From Candidatus Micrarchaeota archaeon (GTDB lineage Archaea > Micrarchaeota > Micrarchaeia > Anstonellales > Bilamarchaeaceae): a stretch of DNA of 64,000 bases. This document shows positions 50,842-60,765 of the stretch, piece after piece; position 1 is the stretch's first letter; every line of letters begins with the position of its first letter. A program made the translations under genes and the position numbers. The stretch covers positions 5,834-69,833 of the forward strand of contig JBDRPL010000010.1 of NCBI GenBank assembly GCA_043827025.1, read 5' to 3'. The notes beneath the pieces were generated by a model. That model was not told the origin of the DNA and did no database searches. It saw nothing but the letters and a program-made list of their open reading frames with translations.

Positions 50842-51491
50842 AATTCTTTCTAGACACTGGAAATATCCAGCAGATAAAGGAAGCTGTTGAGCTTGGAATG
50901 TGCGATGGAGTTACTACAAACCCTTCATTGATTGCGAAAGAGGGAAGAGATCATAAGCAAGTGATTCAGGAAATATGCAAGCTTTTGGGAAACAAGCCTG
51001 TTTCTGTTGAAGGCATTGGCGACACTGCGGAACAGATGGTGAAGGACGCAGAAGAGTTCGTTGCCTGGGGCAAGGGGGTTGTTGTAAAGATTCCAATGAC
51101 AAAAGAAGGATTGAAAGCGGTTCGTATCCTGTCACAGAAAGGGATCAAGACAAATGTCACATTGGTTTTCAGTCCAGCGCAGGCTTTGCTAATTGCAAAA
51201 GCAGGTGCAACCTACGTCTCTCCATTTGTTGGTAGATTGGATGACATTGGCCAAAATGGAATGAATGTGATTTCAGATATAATGGAAGTCTACAAAGCAT
51301 ATGGATACAAGACTGAAGTCATAGTCGCGTCAATCCGCTCAGTTGACCATGTGGTTGAGGCGGCAAAGCTTGGCGCACATATTGCAACCATTCCAGCAAA
51401 AGTGATGGACCTGATGTGGAAGCATGAACTTACAGATAAGGGAATAGAGATATTCAATAATGACTGGAAGAAAAGTCATGAGAAGAAATAA
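50838..51491 (+). CDS. tal: Transaldolase (short TalC/FSA type)
   Basis: [41 protein letters not shown]. Confidence 0.93.
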   Translation: MKFFLDTGNIQQIKEAVELGMCDGVTTNPSLIAKEGRDHKQVIQEICKLLGNKPVSVEGIGDTAEQMVKDAEEFVAWGKGVVVKIPMTKEGLKAVRILSQKGIKTNVTLVFSPAQALLIAKAGATYVSPFVGRLDDIGQNGMNVISDIMEVYKAYGYKTEVIVASIRSVDHVVEAAKLGAHIATIPAKVMDLMWKHELTDKGIEIFNNDWKKSHEKK

Positions 51492-51497
51492 ATAATT

Positions 51498-52415
51498 TCA
51501 TTTTTCTCTGGAGTAGTATTCTATCAGTCTTTCAATTCCCTCTTCCAATCCTATTTTGTATTTGAATCCTAATTCTCTTTCTGCTTTTGAAGTGTCCGCC
51601 AAAGTATCCTGGACATAGTTCTTTATCGGATTTTCGATGTATTTTGCCTCAATATTCTTGTTCATCTTTTGATTAAGTAGTTTTATCATTTCCTTTATGG
51701 TGATGCTTTTTCCAGTTCCTGCGTTGTATATTCCGAACTCGATGTCTGATTTGATTGCAAGCATATTTGCTTCAACAATGTCATCAACATAAGTGAAATC
51801 CCTTGTCTGCGAGCCATCGCCATAAACAACAGGCTGCGCGTTGTTCTGCAAGTCCCACATGAACTGGCTTATCAGGTTGGCATATTGCTTCTTGGATTTT
51901 TCATGAGGTCCGTAGACGCTGAAATACCTAAGGCCGATTGACTTGACTCCGTAAAGTATGTGGTATAATTGCGCGAGCCTTTCCATTTCATATCTTCCTT
52001 CTGTGTAAAAATCAGTTATCTTCACTTCCATATCTTCACGGTGCGGAGGTTTCTGCCCACTGTATACTGAAGAAGTTGCTGCCCAGACTATCCTTGCTTT
52101 GTTTTCCTTTGCATATTCAAGAATTTTTATGAATTCTTCAATCACTTTTGCAGTGAGCAATGGGTCTTTCTTATACATAGGGGTCGAGGAGTAGGTGCCG
52201 TTATGCACTATCACATCGAATCTTTCATTAGTGTGTTTTTGGAAATCTCCTGCGTTGCATTGTATGATTTTTATTTTTCCTTCGATATTTTTTAGGTTTT
52301 CCTTGTTGCCGGTGTGCAGATTGTCAGCTACAGTCACCTCATGACCTTCTTTTACCAGTCTTTCAGTTATGTTTGACCCTATGAATCCTGCTCCGCCTGT
52401 TACAAGTATTTTCAT
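51498..52415 (-). CDS. NAD-dependent epimerase/dehydratase (extended SDR)
   Basis: VTGGAGFIGS, LRYFSVYGP, GDG.QTRDFTYV.D. Confidence 0.9.
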   Translation of the reverse strand: MKILVTGGAGFIGSNITERLVKEGHEVTVADNLHTGNKENLKNIEGKIKIIQCNAGDFQKHTNERFDVIVHNGTYSSTPMYKKDPLLTAKVIEEFIKILEYAKENKARIVWAATSSVYSGQKPPHREDMEVKITDFYTEGRYEMERLAQLYHILYGVKSIGLRYFSVYGPHEKSKKQYANLISQFMWDLQNNAQPVVYGDGSQTRDFTYVDDIVEANMLAIKSDIEFGIYNAGTGKSITIKEMIKLLNQKMNKNIEAKYIENPIKNYVQDTLADTSKAERELGFKYKIGLEEGIERLIEYYSREK

Positions 52416-52647
52416 TTTATCATCCCAACAAGGTTTTATTTTATTCCCATATTCTTTTATACATTTTGCATGTTTTAGGTTTTCTGTGCGTATTTCAGTT
52501 CTTTTTATATTTTACTCCCATAAACATGCACAAACACTTTTAAACTTAACTTAACAAATTCAATAACCATGACTTCCTTTAAGGAAATCGGAATAGGAAG
52601 TTTCTTTTCAGTCAGTTCTACTTATTCAAGTGTGAGTCGTGGTGTTT

Positions 52648-54642
52648 ATGAAACTTAAAAGAATGGATAGTATTAGGAGTGTTAGGGAGGTCAGCGTCCA
52701 ACACAGAGGAGGTTTTTTAGCTGCATGTACTGCATTTGCTACGATCATTGCATCATCTTTCATTCCGAGTTTGGCGCATGCAGGGTCTGATTGCGCAGCT
52801 TTGCAGCAAAACTGCATTGATGCTGACAGCTCAAATGCAAAACAATGCAGGACATTTGCAAAACGTTGCGGTATATGGTCAATAGACCAGAAATCCAAGG
52901 CTGCATTAGTTCTTGAGAATGACATTGCCACCTCTTTATCACAGATTAGTGCAGGCACTCCTACTGAGGATGTTACTGCTGTTTTTCAGGAATTCCAGAG
53001 CTTGCGTGCTACTGCAGAAAAATCTATGGGCAAGCTTGGAAAAAAGCCAAAACCAAAAAACATTGCTGCAGTTACCAATGCCTTTGATAAGGTATTGGCA
53101 AAAGGCCAGGAAGCAAAGGAGAAAGTAGATTCCCTTGATCAAAAATCACAAGTTCCAGAACTTACTGCACAAAGGCTGATAGACAATAGGGCAATATGCC
53201 GTTCCATGCTTTCTGATTTTAAGGAAAGGTTGGATAAGGTAGGGGAAATGGCTGCAAAACAAAAAAAGAAAATTGATTTTGCAGATGCGAATCTCTATTA
53301 TAAAAGAATGAAAAAATCCTATGACCTTGCTCTTAAGACTGAGCACGTTCTGCTTGAAAACAATTCAGAGGTGACTAATGCGCAAAATCCTCCTGGGATT
53401 TTGACTCTGGCAGATCTAACTGGAATTGCAGATGACTATACTCAAGCAGTTGCTTCTGGAAGAAAACTTGAAGTTGCCTTAGCTGGTTTTGAAGCGACCC
53501 TTTTTCCAAAGCCTAAAGACTCTGGACAACTAGTGCAATCAGTACAACCCACTGCCCTCCCATCTGAATTGCTAGAAATGGAAGGTATGCAATGGGCAGG
53601 TTCGCAGGTTCTAGGTGCAGATTGGGCATTTGTTACTGCAGTTCGTGGAATCCGATTCAATTTCACTCCTGATTCTGCGGAATATGCTGATGCTCAAGGC
53701 GCAGAAAATCTTACGCTTGACACATCTCCTGCTAAATATGCTACAACTTCTGTGACTGGGCTGTTGAAGCTCAGCGAAATGTTTTATGCTTCATTGGGAT
53801 ATGGATATATTCATGCTGGAGTGAGTTCTCCGTTCGTGGAGCTTGATCCTGAGAATCCTCTCCAGGCAAGCCCGAAATTTGCAATATTTAAAACGACAGA
53901 GCACAGGTTCCTTTTAGGGCCCGGACTTCTTTTTAATCTTGGAGATAATCCTCTTCTTTTGGTTCCGAAGTTTGGGTATTCTATGTCTTCAAGCCAAGTC
54001 CAAACCTCTTCATTGCAAGGGGTTGATGCAACAAAGGTCGATTCAACGGCTGATGGAGGGTCATCATCTGGCCTTGTAGCCGAGTTTCATGCTTCTTTCT
54101 TGATGAAACGTATGTTGGCTTCTCTTGATTTGAGCAACAATCCTAGTACATTGGCATCTTTTTCCTTGCATTTGGGCTTGCCTAATTTCACTACAAGCGA
54201 CATGCGGTTAAGCCTAGATGGACAATTTGGAACTGTTTTGAGTGCTTCTGAACCAACACGTGTTGGCGATTCTGTAACTTATAAGTCTGATACTCGTTCA
54301 TTCCAAAGAATTGGAATGAATCTATTGCTGCCACTTTTGGATCTCTCCGGAGGATCATATACTCTTGCATTGGATCTTGGCGGAAGCGCGCTTGCAGTGG
54401 ATGGAGAATCAACTTCATTTGCAGGAAGCGCAGGGGTTGCATTCAAAATATCGGATGCATTCTTTATTTCGGTTTCCTATGATTCCTCGAATGCAATATT
54501 TGCATGCGTAAACGGGCGCGTAGAAGGAAATGGTGCATTCACCAATGTTGATTGGCGCCTTTCAATTCCATCTGATATTAATAATCTTGTTGGTTCAGGC
54601 CGCACTAGTTTCGGCAGAGCTATGTCTGAGGTGAAAAAATGA
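52648..54642 (+). CDS. Secreted protein: helical N-half, amphipathic beta-strand-rich C-half
   Basis: Long basic leader + hydrophobic segment ending AHA; alternating-residue strands in the C-half. Confidence 0.7.
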   Translation: MKLKRMDSIRSVREVSVQHRGGFLAACTAFATIIASSFIPSLAHAGSDCAALQQNCIDADSSNAKQCRTFAKRCGIWSIDQKSKAALVLENDIATSLSQISAGTPTEDVTAVFQEFQSLRATAEKSMGKLGKKPKPKNIAAVTNAFDKVLAKGQEAKEKVDSLDQKSQVPELTAQRLIDNRAICRSMLSDFKERLDKVGEMAAKQKKKIDFADANLYYKRMKKSYDLALKTEHVLLENNSEVTNAQNPPGILTLADLTGIADDYTQAVASGRKLEVALAGFEATLFPKPKDSGQLVQSVQPTALPSELLEMEGMQWAGSQVLGADWAFVTAVRGIRFNFTPDSAEYADAQGAENLTLDTSPAKYATTSVTGLLKLSEMFYASLGYGYIHAGVSSPFVELDPENPLQASPKFAIFKTTEHRFLLGPGLLFNLGDNPLLLVPKFGYSMSSSQVQTSSLQGVDATKVDSTADGGSSSGLVAEFHASFLMKRMLASLDLSNNPSTLASFSLHLGLPNFTTSDMRLSLDGQFGTVLSASEPTRVGDSVTYKSDTRSFQRIGMNLLLPLLDLSGGSYTLALDLGGSALAVDGESTSFAGSAGVAFKISDAFFISVSYDSSNAIFACVNGRVEGNGAFTNVDWRLSIPSDINNLVGSGRTSFGRAMSEVKK

Positions 54643-57600
54643 AATCTTTACACTTAAGAAATACCGGAAATTCACATGGAAGACACTCAACTAGAGGAGT
54701 AATAAAATCCACATTGGTAGCAGCAGGAGGAAGCCTAATCGGATTAAGTGCAGTTTCTGTCCTTTCTGGTTGTCTTGATACGTTGAAGCCTTCAGGCACT
54801 TTCATTGAAAATCAAATTCTTTGCGGAGTTACACCTGATGGAAAATCCGCTTATCTCATGGATGGCGGAAAAATTATCGAGGAAACTCGTAAAGATAAGG
54901 AATGCAAGGGCATTGAGGCAGTGTCAATTCCTTATTGTGAGGATGGCGAAGTTAAAACAAGGGAAGAAAGTTGCAAGGATCAGGGAAAAAGATGTAACAA
55001 TACTACCAAAGAATGCGGTGATGCAGAGGTAGTGTGTACTGATTCCAATGGCAGCGTCCTAAGGACTCTTGGAGACGAAGTTTTGGAAAGCAAGCCAAAG
55101 AAAGAATGCGCCCCTGATGGAAGCGCAGTCATAGATAGGCGCTGTGGGGATGACAAACAAATAGCTGAAACACAAACTTCATGTGTTGAGGGTGAACTTT
55201 GCGATCCAGGCCCTTTTGCATGCAAGGAAATCCAATTATGCGAGGTTTCGCCTGATGGAAGTATAAGCGTGACAAAAGGCATTAATGTAACTACTGTTGT
55301 GCCTGAATGCGACCTGAACGGTACGTCTTATTCGAGACCACGTTGCGATGGAGATAGGCTGGTTCCAGAAAATATCAATTGTCCTGAGACGCATGCGTGT
55401 ACGCCAGGACCTTTAGATTCATTGAATCCAAGATGTGACATTCCTGTTGACAAGTGCAACACTCGGCCAGATGGTTCTGTTGTCCAGATCTCTGGAGGCC
55501 AGGTGGTTGCAACTGAAATCAAAAGATGCGTAGATGATTCAGTAGTAACTCCAAGGTGCGACGGAAATCAAATTGCCCGCGATACTGAAGTCTGCGATGA
55601 AGGCAATCATTGCGAGGAAGTAAGCGTTACATGCCAGGTAAATCTTAATTGCGAGTCTCTTGGAGGCGGAAGGATTCGTGTAACAAACGGAACAAATGTA
55701 CGTGAAGACAGTCCTGTTTGCCGTGAGGGTAGAAGATCAAGAACAGTTCCGGCATGCAATGGCCAGGTTCCGCAAGATCCTGTTCCTGTTGAAAACTGCC
55801 CAGTAACCCATGATTGCGATGAGTTGGAAGGTACGTGCAGTGTTCCTGTTGTTTTGTGCAGTGTTCGTGGAAATGTTGGTACTGTTACTGTTGCAGGAGA
55901 AGTTCAGGAGGATAAGACTAGACAAAAAAGATGCAGTGATGATGGAAATTCTGTTTTGATTCCTTATTGTTCAAGTTCAAATAGTTTGGATGTTGAAGAA
56001 AGAGAAACTCAATGTAGTGCAGGAACTCAATGCGATGCTGGTACTTTGGCATGTGAAACTATACGCGCATGCCAGCCCTTGCCTAATGGGGTAGGGATAA
56101 GAGTAACCGAAGGCACAAATATCAGTGACATTGGCCCAGACTGCAGTGATGATTTAAAATCCCGTACTGCTCCTGTGTGCGACGGGGATGTTGCCCAGGT
56201 TCCTGTTCCTACAGTAGACTGCCCAGTAACCCATGATTGCGATGAGTTGGAAGGTACGTGCAGTGTTCCTGTTGTTTTATGCACTGAGAGGCCAGATGGT
56301 TCCGTTGTCCAGACCGAGGCAGGAAATCCCATTAAAACAGAATCAAAAAAATGTGATCATAATTCAGTGGTAACTCCGAGATGCGACGGAAATCAGATAA
56401 TGCTTGATACACAACCTTGTCTTGATCATTTTGCATGCGATGCTGGAACAGTTTCATGCAAGCCGTTAACTGAGTGCGTAGTTGATGGTGGAACTGTTAG
56501 GCTTTTAGAAGGAGGCCAGGAAATACGTTCGGAAACAAGTGGTTGTGATGGAAATACTGTCGTGACTGCAAGCTGTGCAGGAAACCAGATAAATTTAGCT
56601 CGTCAGGACTGCGTTGCACCTAATTTTGAATGTAATGCAATTGCATTGGGTTGCGATCCTGTCACTAGGTGTACTGCGTCAAATGGATCTGCACGTGTGA
56701 CTAGAGGTGTGGAAACAATTGAAGAGCAACAAAGAAGGTGCAGCGAAAACCAGAGGTCTGTTTTGAATTTCACATGTGATGGGAATCAGATAGTTAGTGA
56801 TCAACAAAATTGTGATCCTGGATTTGCATGCGGGCTTCAGGGGGGAACAGTTGCTTGCTATCCTACCAGTGCAAGATGTTTTGAGGACAACGGCTCTGCA
56901 GTTCTGTTGGATGACGAAGGTCAGCCAGTTGAAGCGTCTAGAAGAACTCCAGAATGTGATATAGGTACCAACGTATTGACAACCTTCAGATGCAATGCAG
57001 AAGGCCAGATCATTTCAAGTCCGCAGGCATGCGGGAATGCGCTGGATTTTGCATGCAATTCAATTAACAGATCTTGCGACCCTCTTTCAAGATGTATTCT
57101 TGACAGGGGAGTTGGAAAATTCCTTGTAGGGGGAGTGGAGCAACCTGAACATACTCTTATAACGAATTGTGATGGAAATGTCCTGCAGGTTCCATTATGC
57201 CAGGTGCAGGACCAGCCGCCAGTACTTGATGACACCGACTGTAGGGAAACAGGTATATGCAATGATCTAGCTGCGGTTTGTGATCCAAAAAATGACTGCA
57301 GAATAAATGCTGACGGGTCTGCACAGCTTTTTGTCGGTGGAGAACCAAATGGACAACCAGTTTCTGTTCAGTGTGAGGATAATATAATAAGAATCCCAAT
57401 GTGCGTTGTTGATGATGCACAAAATTCTGCAAGTGTGACTGTGATTGACAGGGCGTGCGGTGTGAATCATGAATGCAGTGTCGAGGAAAGGACATGTCTT
57501 CCTAAGCCAGGGTGTACGCCTGCTGGAAATGGCACTGTAGTCCTGACTCTTGGAGGTCAGTTTATAGGGATAGAATCTCCTGCATGCGAGGGCAACGATG

Positions 57601-59480
57601 TGCGTTCATTTAGCTGTAATATTGATGGAAGTTATGAAAGTTATTTAGAGTCCTGTGGTGATCCACTGGATTTCAGGTGCAGCAATGCCAGATGTGAACC
57701 TCTTACACGTTGTATTGAATCAAAGGATGGTGATGAGGTAGTACAGAGTGCAGTTCAGATGGTTGGTGGTGTTGCTCAGGATGCAACAAGAAAAGAAAGG
57801 CAGTGTGCAAATGCTACAAGTATCAGCGTGCCCCAATGCGAAGGAACAACACCTGTTCATGCAAGAGTGGATTGCGCTCAGCACAATGAGTGCGATGATG
57901 TGTCAAAACAATGCATTCCATTGACAGAATGTCGCGTGAATTATTCAGGAGGTGTGCCTGTCATGGCAGAGCAAACTCTGGGCGGTCAGCCGAACGGTGT
58001 TTATGAAGAAAGAAGGTGCTCGAACGGAGCTGTTTTGCTTGTTCCCAAGTGTACAAATGAGGCGCCAGATACGGATGCTGTTCAATGCGGTGCAGAACAA
58101 CAGTGTTCTGTCAGAAACGAAATTGCAAATTGTTTTTCTGCAGATGCAATATGTGTTCAGGATGGCGATCAGACATATTTTGCGGTTAATGAAGTTGAAG
58201 TTGCTGGAACCAGAAGAAAACCGTCGTGTATGGATGGTATTGATGCTTATGGAAACAAATATCGCGTTCTGAAGCCAAGGTGCGATGGGGATGTTGAGGC
58301 AAATTGTGCTGAAACTGAAAATTGCCTGACTCAGGATGGAATTGGTTCATGCCAAGAAGCTTCGGTTGTTTGCGAACAGTTGCAGGATGGAACTGGAGTA
58401 ATAAGAAGACAAGCCAGAACATTATTTGAACCTGTTAAACATTTTTGCCAGGATGCATGGTCATGGGTCAGAAGGATTTGCAATGTAGATCAGTCTTATG
58501 GCCAATCGCAAGTAATTCCTTGTCCTAATGAAACAGACGTATGTGTTGAGCCAGGTGATGTTGCATCATGTATAGAAGACACTCCTGTTTGTACTGTTGA
58601 CGGTGTAAATCATACAGCAACAGAAGCACAAGGAAGAAAAATTACTGTAGTGACTAGTGAATGTTCTATAGATAGGAGGGCACTTGAAAATGCGGAATGT
58701 GATTTACAAGAACAACACGCAATATCCAATTCGGTTTCTTGCGATGCAGGTGCAGCATGTAATCCCCAGTCATTATCCTGTGAAGCTGTCAGTGATATTC
58801 TAAGTGGCTTGGTTCTAAGATTGCCTTTTGATTCTGTAGATGCAGGTATGACTGCAGCTGTTGTGTATGATGGAAACGGAAACCCAATCCAGACGCTTCA
58901 GGCAACTGTTAGCGGGCCAGTCCTTGCTGAAGGGATAGTTGGCAGTGGCGCCCTTTCTTTTAACGGAATCAATGATCGTGTTTCTGTACCACCTATTATT
59001 TCGAACATAGGTAAGGACTCATTCACTGCGTTATGGTGGGTCAAAATGCCTGCAGGGGATGTAGGAACGAGACGTATTTTCATGAGTAATATCGGAGTAC
59101 CTGGAATTTCAGGCCAATTTAGCTTTGAAGCCTATAATCCTGACAAGTCTTATGTATGGTGGACATCATCACCTCGTGAATTCATGTCATCTGGTAATCT
59201 AGGCATCAAGGATGGCAATGTCCATTTAATTGCATATATACGAGATAAGCAAAATAATAAATGGCAAATATTCAAGGACGGAGAGATTTTCTACGAATAT
59301 TTGGCAACTGCGGGTTCGGATATTCCTATGACTGATCCTGGTTTTGCAATTGGCTGGTTCAGCCATGCAGGTGCTGATCAGGGCATTTCCTTCTTTGGAG
59401 TAATGGATGATGTGAGGCTGTATGGGAGGGTTTTAACTCCTCAGGAGCTTCAAACCGTTCTTTCCTTAGGGACTTTCTAA
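54639..59480 (+). CDS. Giant Cys-rich repeat lipoprotein (about 19 six-Cys repeats) with C-terminal LamG/ConA-like domain
   Basis: LSGC lipobox; ~70-aa repeats; GALSFNG..D, SFT...W, F.G.MDDVRLY.R.LT..E. Confidence 0.85.
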   Translation: MKSLHLRNTGNSHGRHSTRGVIKSTLVAAGGSLIGLSAVSVLSGCLDTLKPSGTFIENQILCGVTPDGKSAYLMDGGKIIEETRKDKECKGIEAVSIPYCEDGEVKTREESCKDQGKRCNNTTKECGDAEVVCTDSNGSVLRTLGDEVLESKPKKECAPDGSAVIDRRCGDDKQIAETQTSCVEGELCDPGPFACKEIQLCEVSPDGSISVTKGINVTTVVPECDLNGTSYSRPRCDGDRLVPENINCPETHACTPGPLDSLNPRCDIPVDKCNTRPDGSVVQISGGQVVATEIKRCVDDSVVTPRCDGNQIARDTEVCDEGNHCEEVSVTCQVNLNCESLGGGRIRVTNGTNVREDSPVCREGRRSRTVPACNGQVPQDPVPVENCPVTHDCDELEGTCSVPVVLCSVRGNVGTVTVAGEVQEDKTRQKRCSDDGNSVLIPYCSSSNSLDVEERETQCSAGTQCDAGTLACETIRACQPLPNGVGIRVTEGTNISDIGPDCSDDLKSRTAPVCDGDVAQVPVPTVDCPVTHDCDELEGTCSVPVVLCTERPDGSVVQTEAGNPIKTESKKCDHNSVVTPRCDGNQIMLDTQPCLDHFACDAGTVSCKPLTECVVDGGTVRLLEGGQEIRSETSGCDGNTVVTASCAGNQINLARQDCVAPNFECNAIALGCDPVTRCTASNGSARVTRGVETIEEQQRRCSENQRSVLNFTCDGNQIVSDQQNCDPGFACGLQGGTVACYPTSARCFEDNGSAVLLDDEGQPVEASRRTPECDIGTNVLTTFRCNAEGQIISSPQACGNALDFACNSINRSCDPLSRCILDRGVGKFLVGGVEQPEHTLITNCDGNVLQVPLCQVQDQPPVLDDTDCRETGICNDLAAVCDPKNDCRINADGSAQLFVGGEPNGQPVSVQCEDNIIRIPMCVVDDAQNSASVTVIDRACGVNHECSVEERTCLPKPGCTPAGNGTVVLTLGGQFIGIESPACEGNDVRSFSCNIDGSYESYLESCGDPLDFRCSNARCEPLTRCIESKDGDEVVQSAVQMVGGVAQDATRKERQCANATSISVPQCEGTTPVHARVDCAQHNECDDVSKQCIPLTECRVNYSGGVPVMAEQTLGGQPNGVYEERRCSNGAVLLVPKCTNEAPDTDAVQCGAEQQCSVRNEIANCFSADAICVQDGDQTYFAVNEVEVAGTRRKPSCMDGIDAYGNKYRVLKPRCDGDVEANCAETENCLTQDGIGSCQEASVVCEQLQDGTGVIRRQARTLFEPVKHFCQDAWSWVRRICNVDQSYGQSQVIPCPNETDVCVEPGDVASCIEDTPVCTVDGVNHTATEAQGRKITVVTSECSIDRRALENAECDLQEQHAISNSVSCDAGAACNPQSLSCEAVSDILSGLVLRLPFDSVDAGMTAAVVYDGNGNPIQTLQATVSGPVLAEGIVGSGALSFNGINDRVSVPPIISNIGKDSFTALWWVKMPAGDVGTRRIFMSNIGVPGISGQFSFEAYNPDKSYVWWTSSPREFMSSGNLGIKDGNVHLIAYIRDKQNNKWQIFKDGEIFYEYLATAGSDIPMTDPGFAIGWFSHAGADQGISFFGVMDDVRLYGRVLTPQELQTVLSLGTF
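55795..56278 (+). repeat. Perfect 61-bp intragenic duplication
   Basis: ACTGCCCAGTAACCCATGATTGCGATGAG...GTTGTTTT at 55795-55855 and 56218-56278. Confidence 0.9.
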
Positions 59481-59533
59481 TTTTTGTTTTAATAACATCT
59501 CATTTTTTATTTTCTTTTGATTAATGATTTGGC

Positions 59534-60061
59534 ATGCAGGACATACGCGAGCTCTTAGTTCTTCAAATAAAGGAAAACGGGATTTCATCTAGTGCATACT
59601 CTTCGTTGACTGAACACCGGAAGGGCATGCTTGAACCTGTCGAAGGTAAGTATTTCCTCAAGAAGGAATTCCGCTCCAAATTCAAGGTCGTAATCACAGG
59701 CGGAGCATTTGATATCCTTCATGCAGGCCACATATTCGCATTGAATGAAGCGAAAAAATACGGTAATTTCCTTGTGCTGGTTGTTGCAAGGGACGAGATG
59801 ATCTTAAAAAAAGGAAGACAGCCAGTGCATAATCAGGAGTATCGTGCATTTATGCTTGACTTTCTGAAGCCTGTTGACCTAGTGCTTCTTGGCAAGGAAC
59901 ATCCTAAGGAAATTTTTGATCAGGTCAAGCCCGATGTAATTGTTTATGGCTATGATCAGCACGAGATAGTGAATGCTTCGAATGGCGTTGAAGTTGTTAA
60001 ACTAAAAGAGCATTTTGGAGGTTTCAAGACAAGCAAGATCATAAAAGATCTTGGGACATGA
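59534..60061 (+). CDS. Cytidylyltransferase-family nucleotidyltransferase (FAD synthetase RibL-like)
   Basis: GAFDILHAGH, VVARD, KPVD, PDVIVYGYDQ, TSKI. Confidence 0.8.
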   Translation: MQDIRELLVLQIKENGISSSAYSSLTEHRKGMLEPVEGKYFLKKEFRSKFKVVITGGAFDILHAGHIFALNEAKKYGNFLVLVVARDEMILKKGRQPVHNQEYRAFMLDFLKPVDLVLLGKEHPKEIFDQVKPDVIVYGYDQHEIVNASNGVEVVKLKEHFGGFKTSKIIKDLGT

Positions 60062-60124
60062 TCAGGAAATCTTGAACGCTTACGCTACTATAAGCTTTTA
60101 AATATTCATTGATTAATTTTTTTT

Positions 60125-60469
60125 ATGTTAGGCCTCTTCAAACCCTCTTTCAAAGAGCAGGAACCTTCTGAAAAAACCGAAGAAAGAACGACATCCAAAG
60201 CGCCTGAGTTCAAGGAATTGATAAAGGATGCTGAGTATGTAAAGCTTGAAAATGATTTTGTTAAAAAGGGCTTTACAAGAAGGGGAATAAGGGAATTGTT
60301 CAGGGTTACAACTGCACTCCACACCGAAAGGAAAAAATCTATGCGGGCTGCAAAAGATATTTTGCTGGGCCTTAAGGGCGAGGATGGCTTATCTAAAGTA
60401 TTGGGTGCATTGAAGCTTGCAACAGAAGGCCTGGATTCCATACTGAAAGGGCGGAACAGGAACAAATAA
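60125..60469 (+). CDS. Hypothetical protein
   Basis: 114-aa ORF with TTTTAAAT about 25 nt upstream. Confidence 0.55.
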   Translation: MLGLFKPSFKEQEPSEKTEERTTSKAPEFKELIKDAEYVKLENDFVKKGFTRRGIRELFRVTTALHTERKKSMRAAKDILLGLKGEDGLSKVLGALKLATEGLDSILKGRNRNK

Positions 60470-60539
60470 TTCTTCGATTATCCTTGTCCATCATTACTCT
60501 TTTTAAATTATTGTTCTCTACATTTTATCTCAAGTTCAA

Positions 60540-60696
60540 GCCTCGGTAGCTCAGTCGGTAGAGCGGCTGACTGTTAAGGCCCCTTTTCTTTGCAAAGAAA
60601 AGGCCCCTGGGTTCAAAAGAAACCTAGAGGTTTTCGTCTAATCGATTTGGGGTCAAGGACATCAGCAGGCCAGAAGTTCAAATCTTCTCCGGGGCG
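60540..60696 (+). tRNA. tRNA-Asn(GTT) with an 84-nt intron at 37/38 (60577-60660)
   Basis: Acceptor GCCTCGG/CCGGGGC, D arm, anticodon arm GCTGA-CTGTTA|A-TCAGC, T loop GTTCAAATC; relaxed BHB; CCA not encoded. Confidence 0.9.
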
Positions 60697-60722
60697 TCAA
60701 TTACATCTGATTAGCCTTAGCA

Positions 60723-60760
60723 CTGGAGATAAGAGAACCCAAAGTTCTCTGTGTCTCCAG
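60723..60760. other. Hairpin between the tRNA and a convergent gene (possible terminator or palindromic element)
   Basis: CTGGAGA..AGAGAAC-CCAAA-GTTCTCT..TCTCCAG. Confidence 0.5.
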
Positions 60761-60765
60761 GCGAT

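Noticed and set aside
55795-56278. DGR template/variable repeat pair
   Set aside because: Copies are identical, both intragenic and in frame; no adenine-specific variation and no reverse transcriptase
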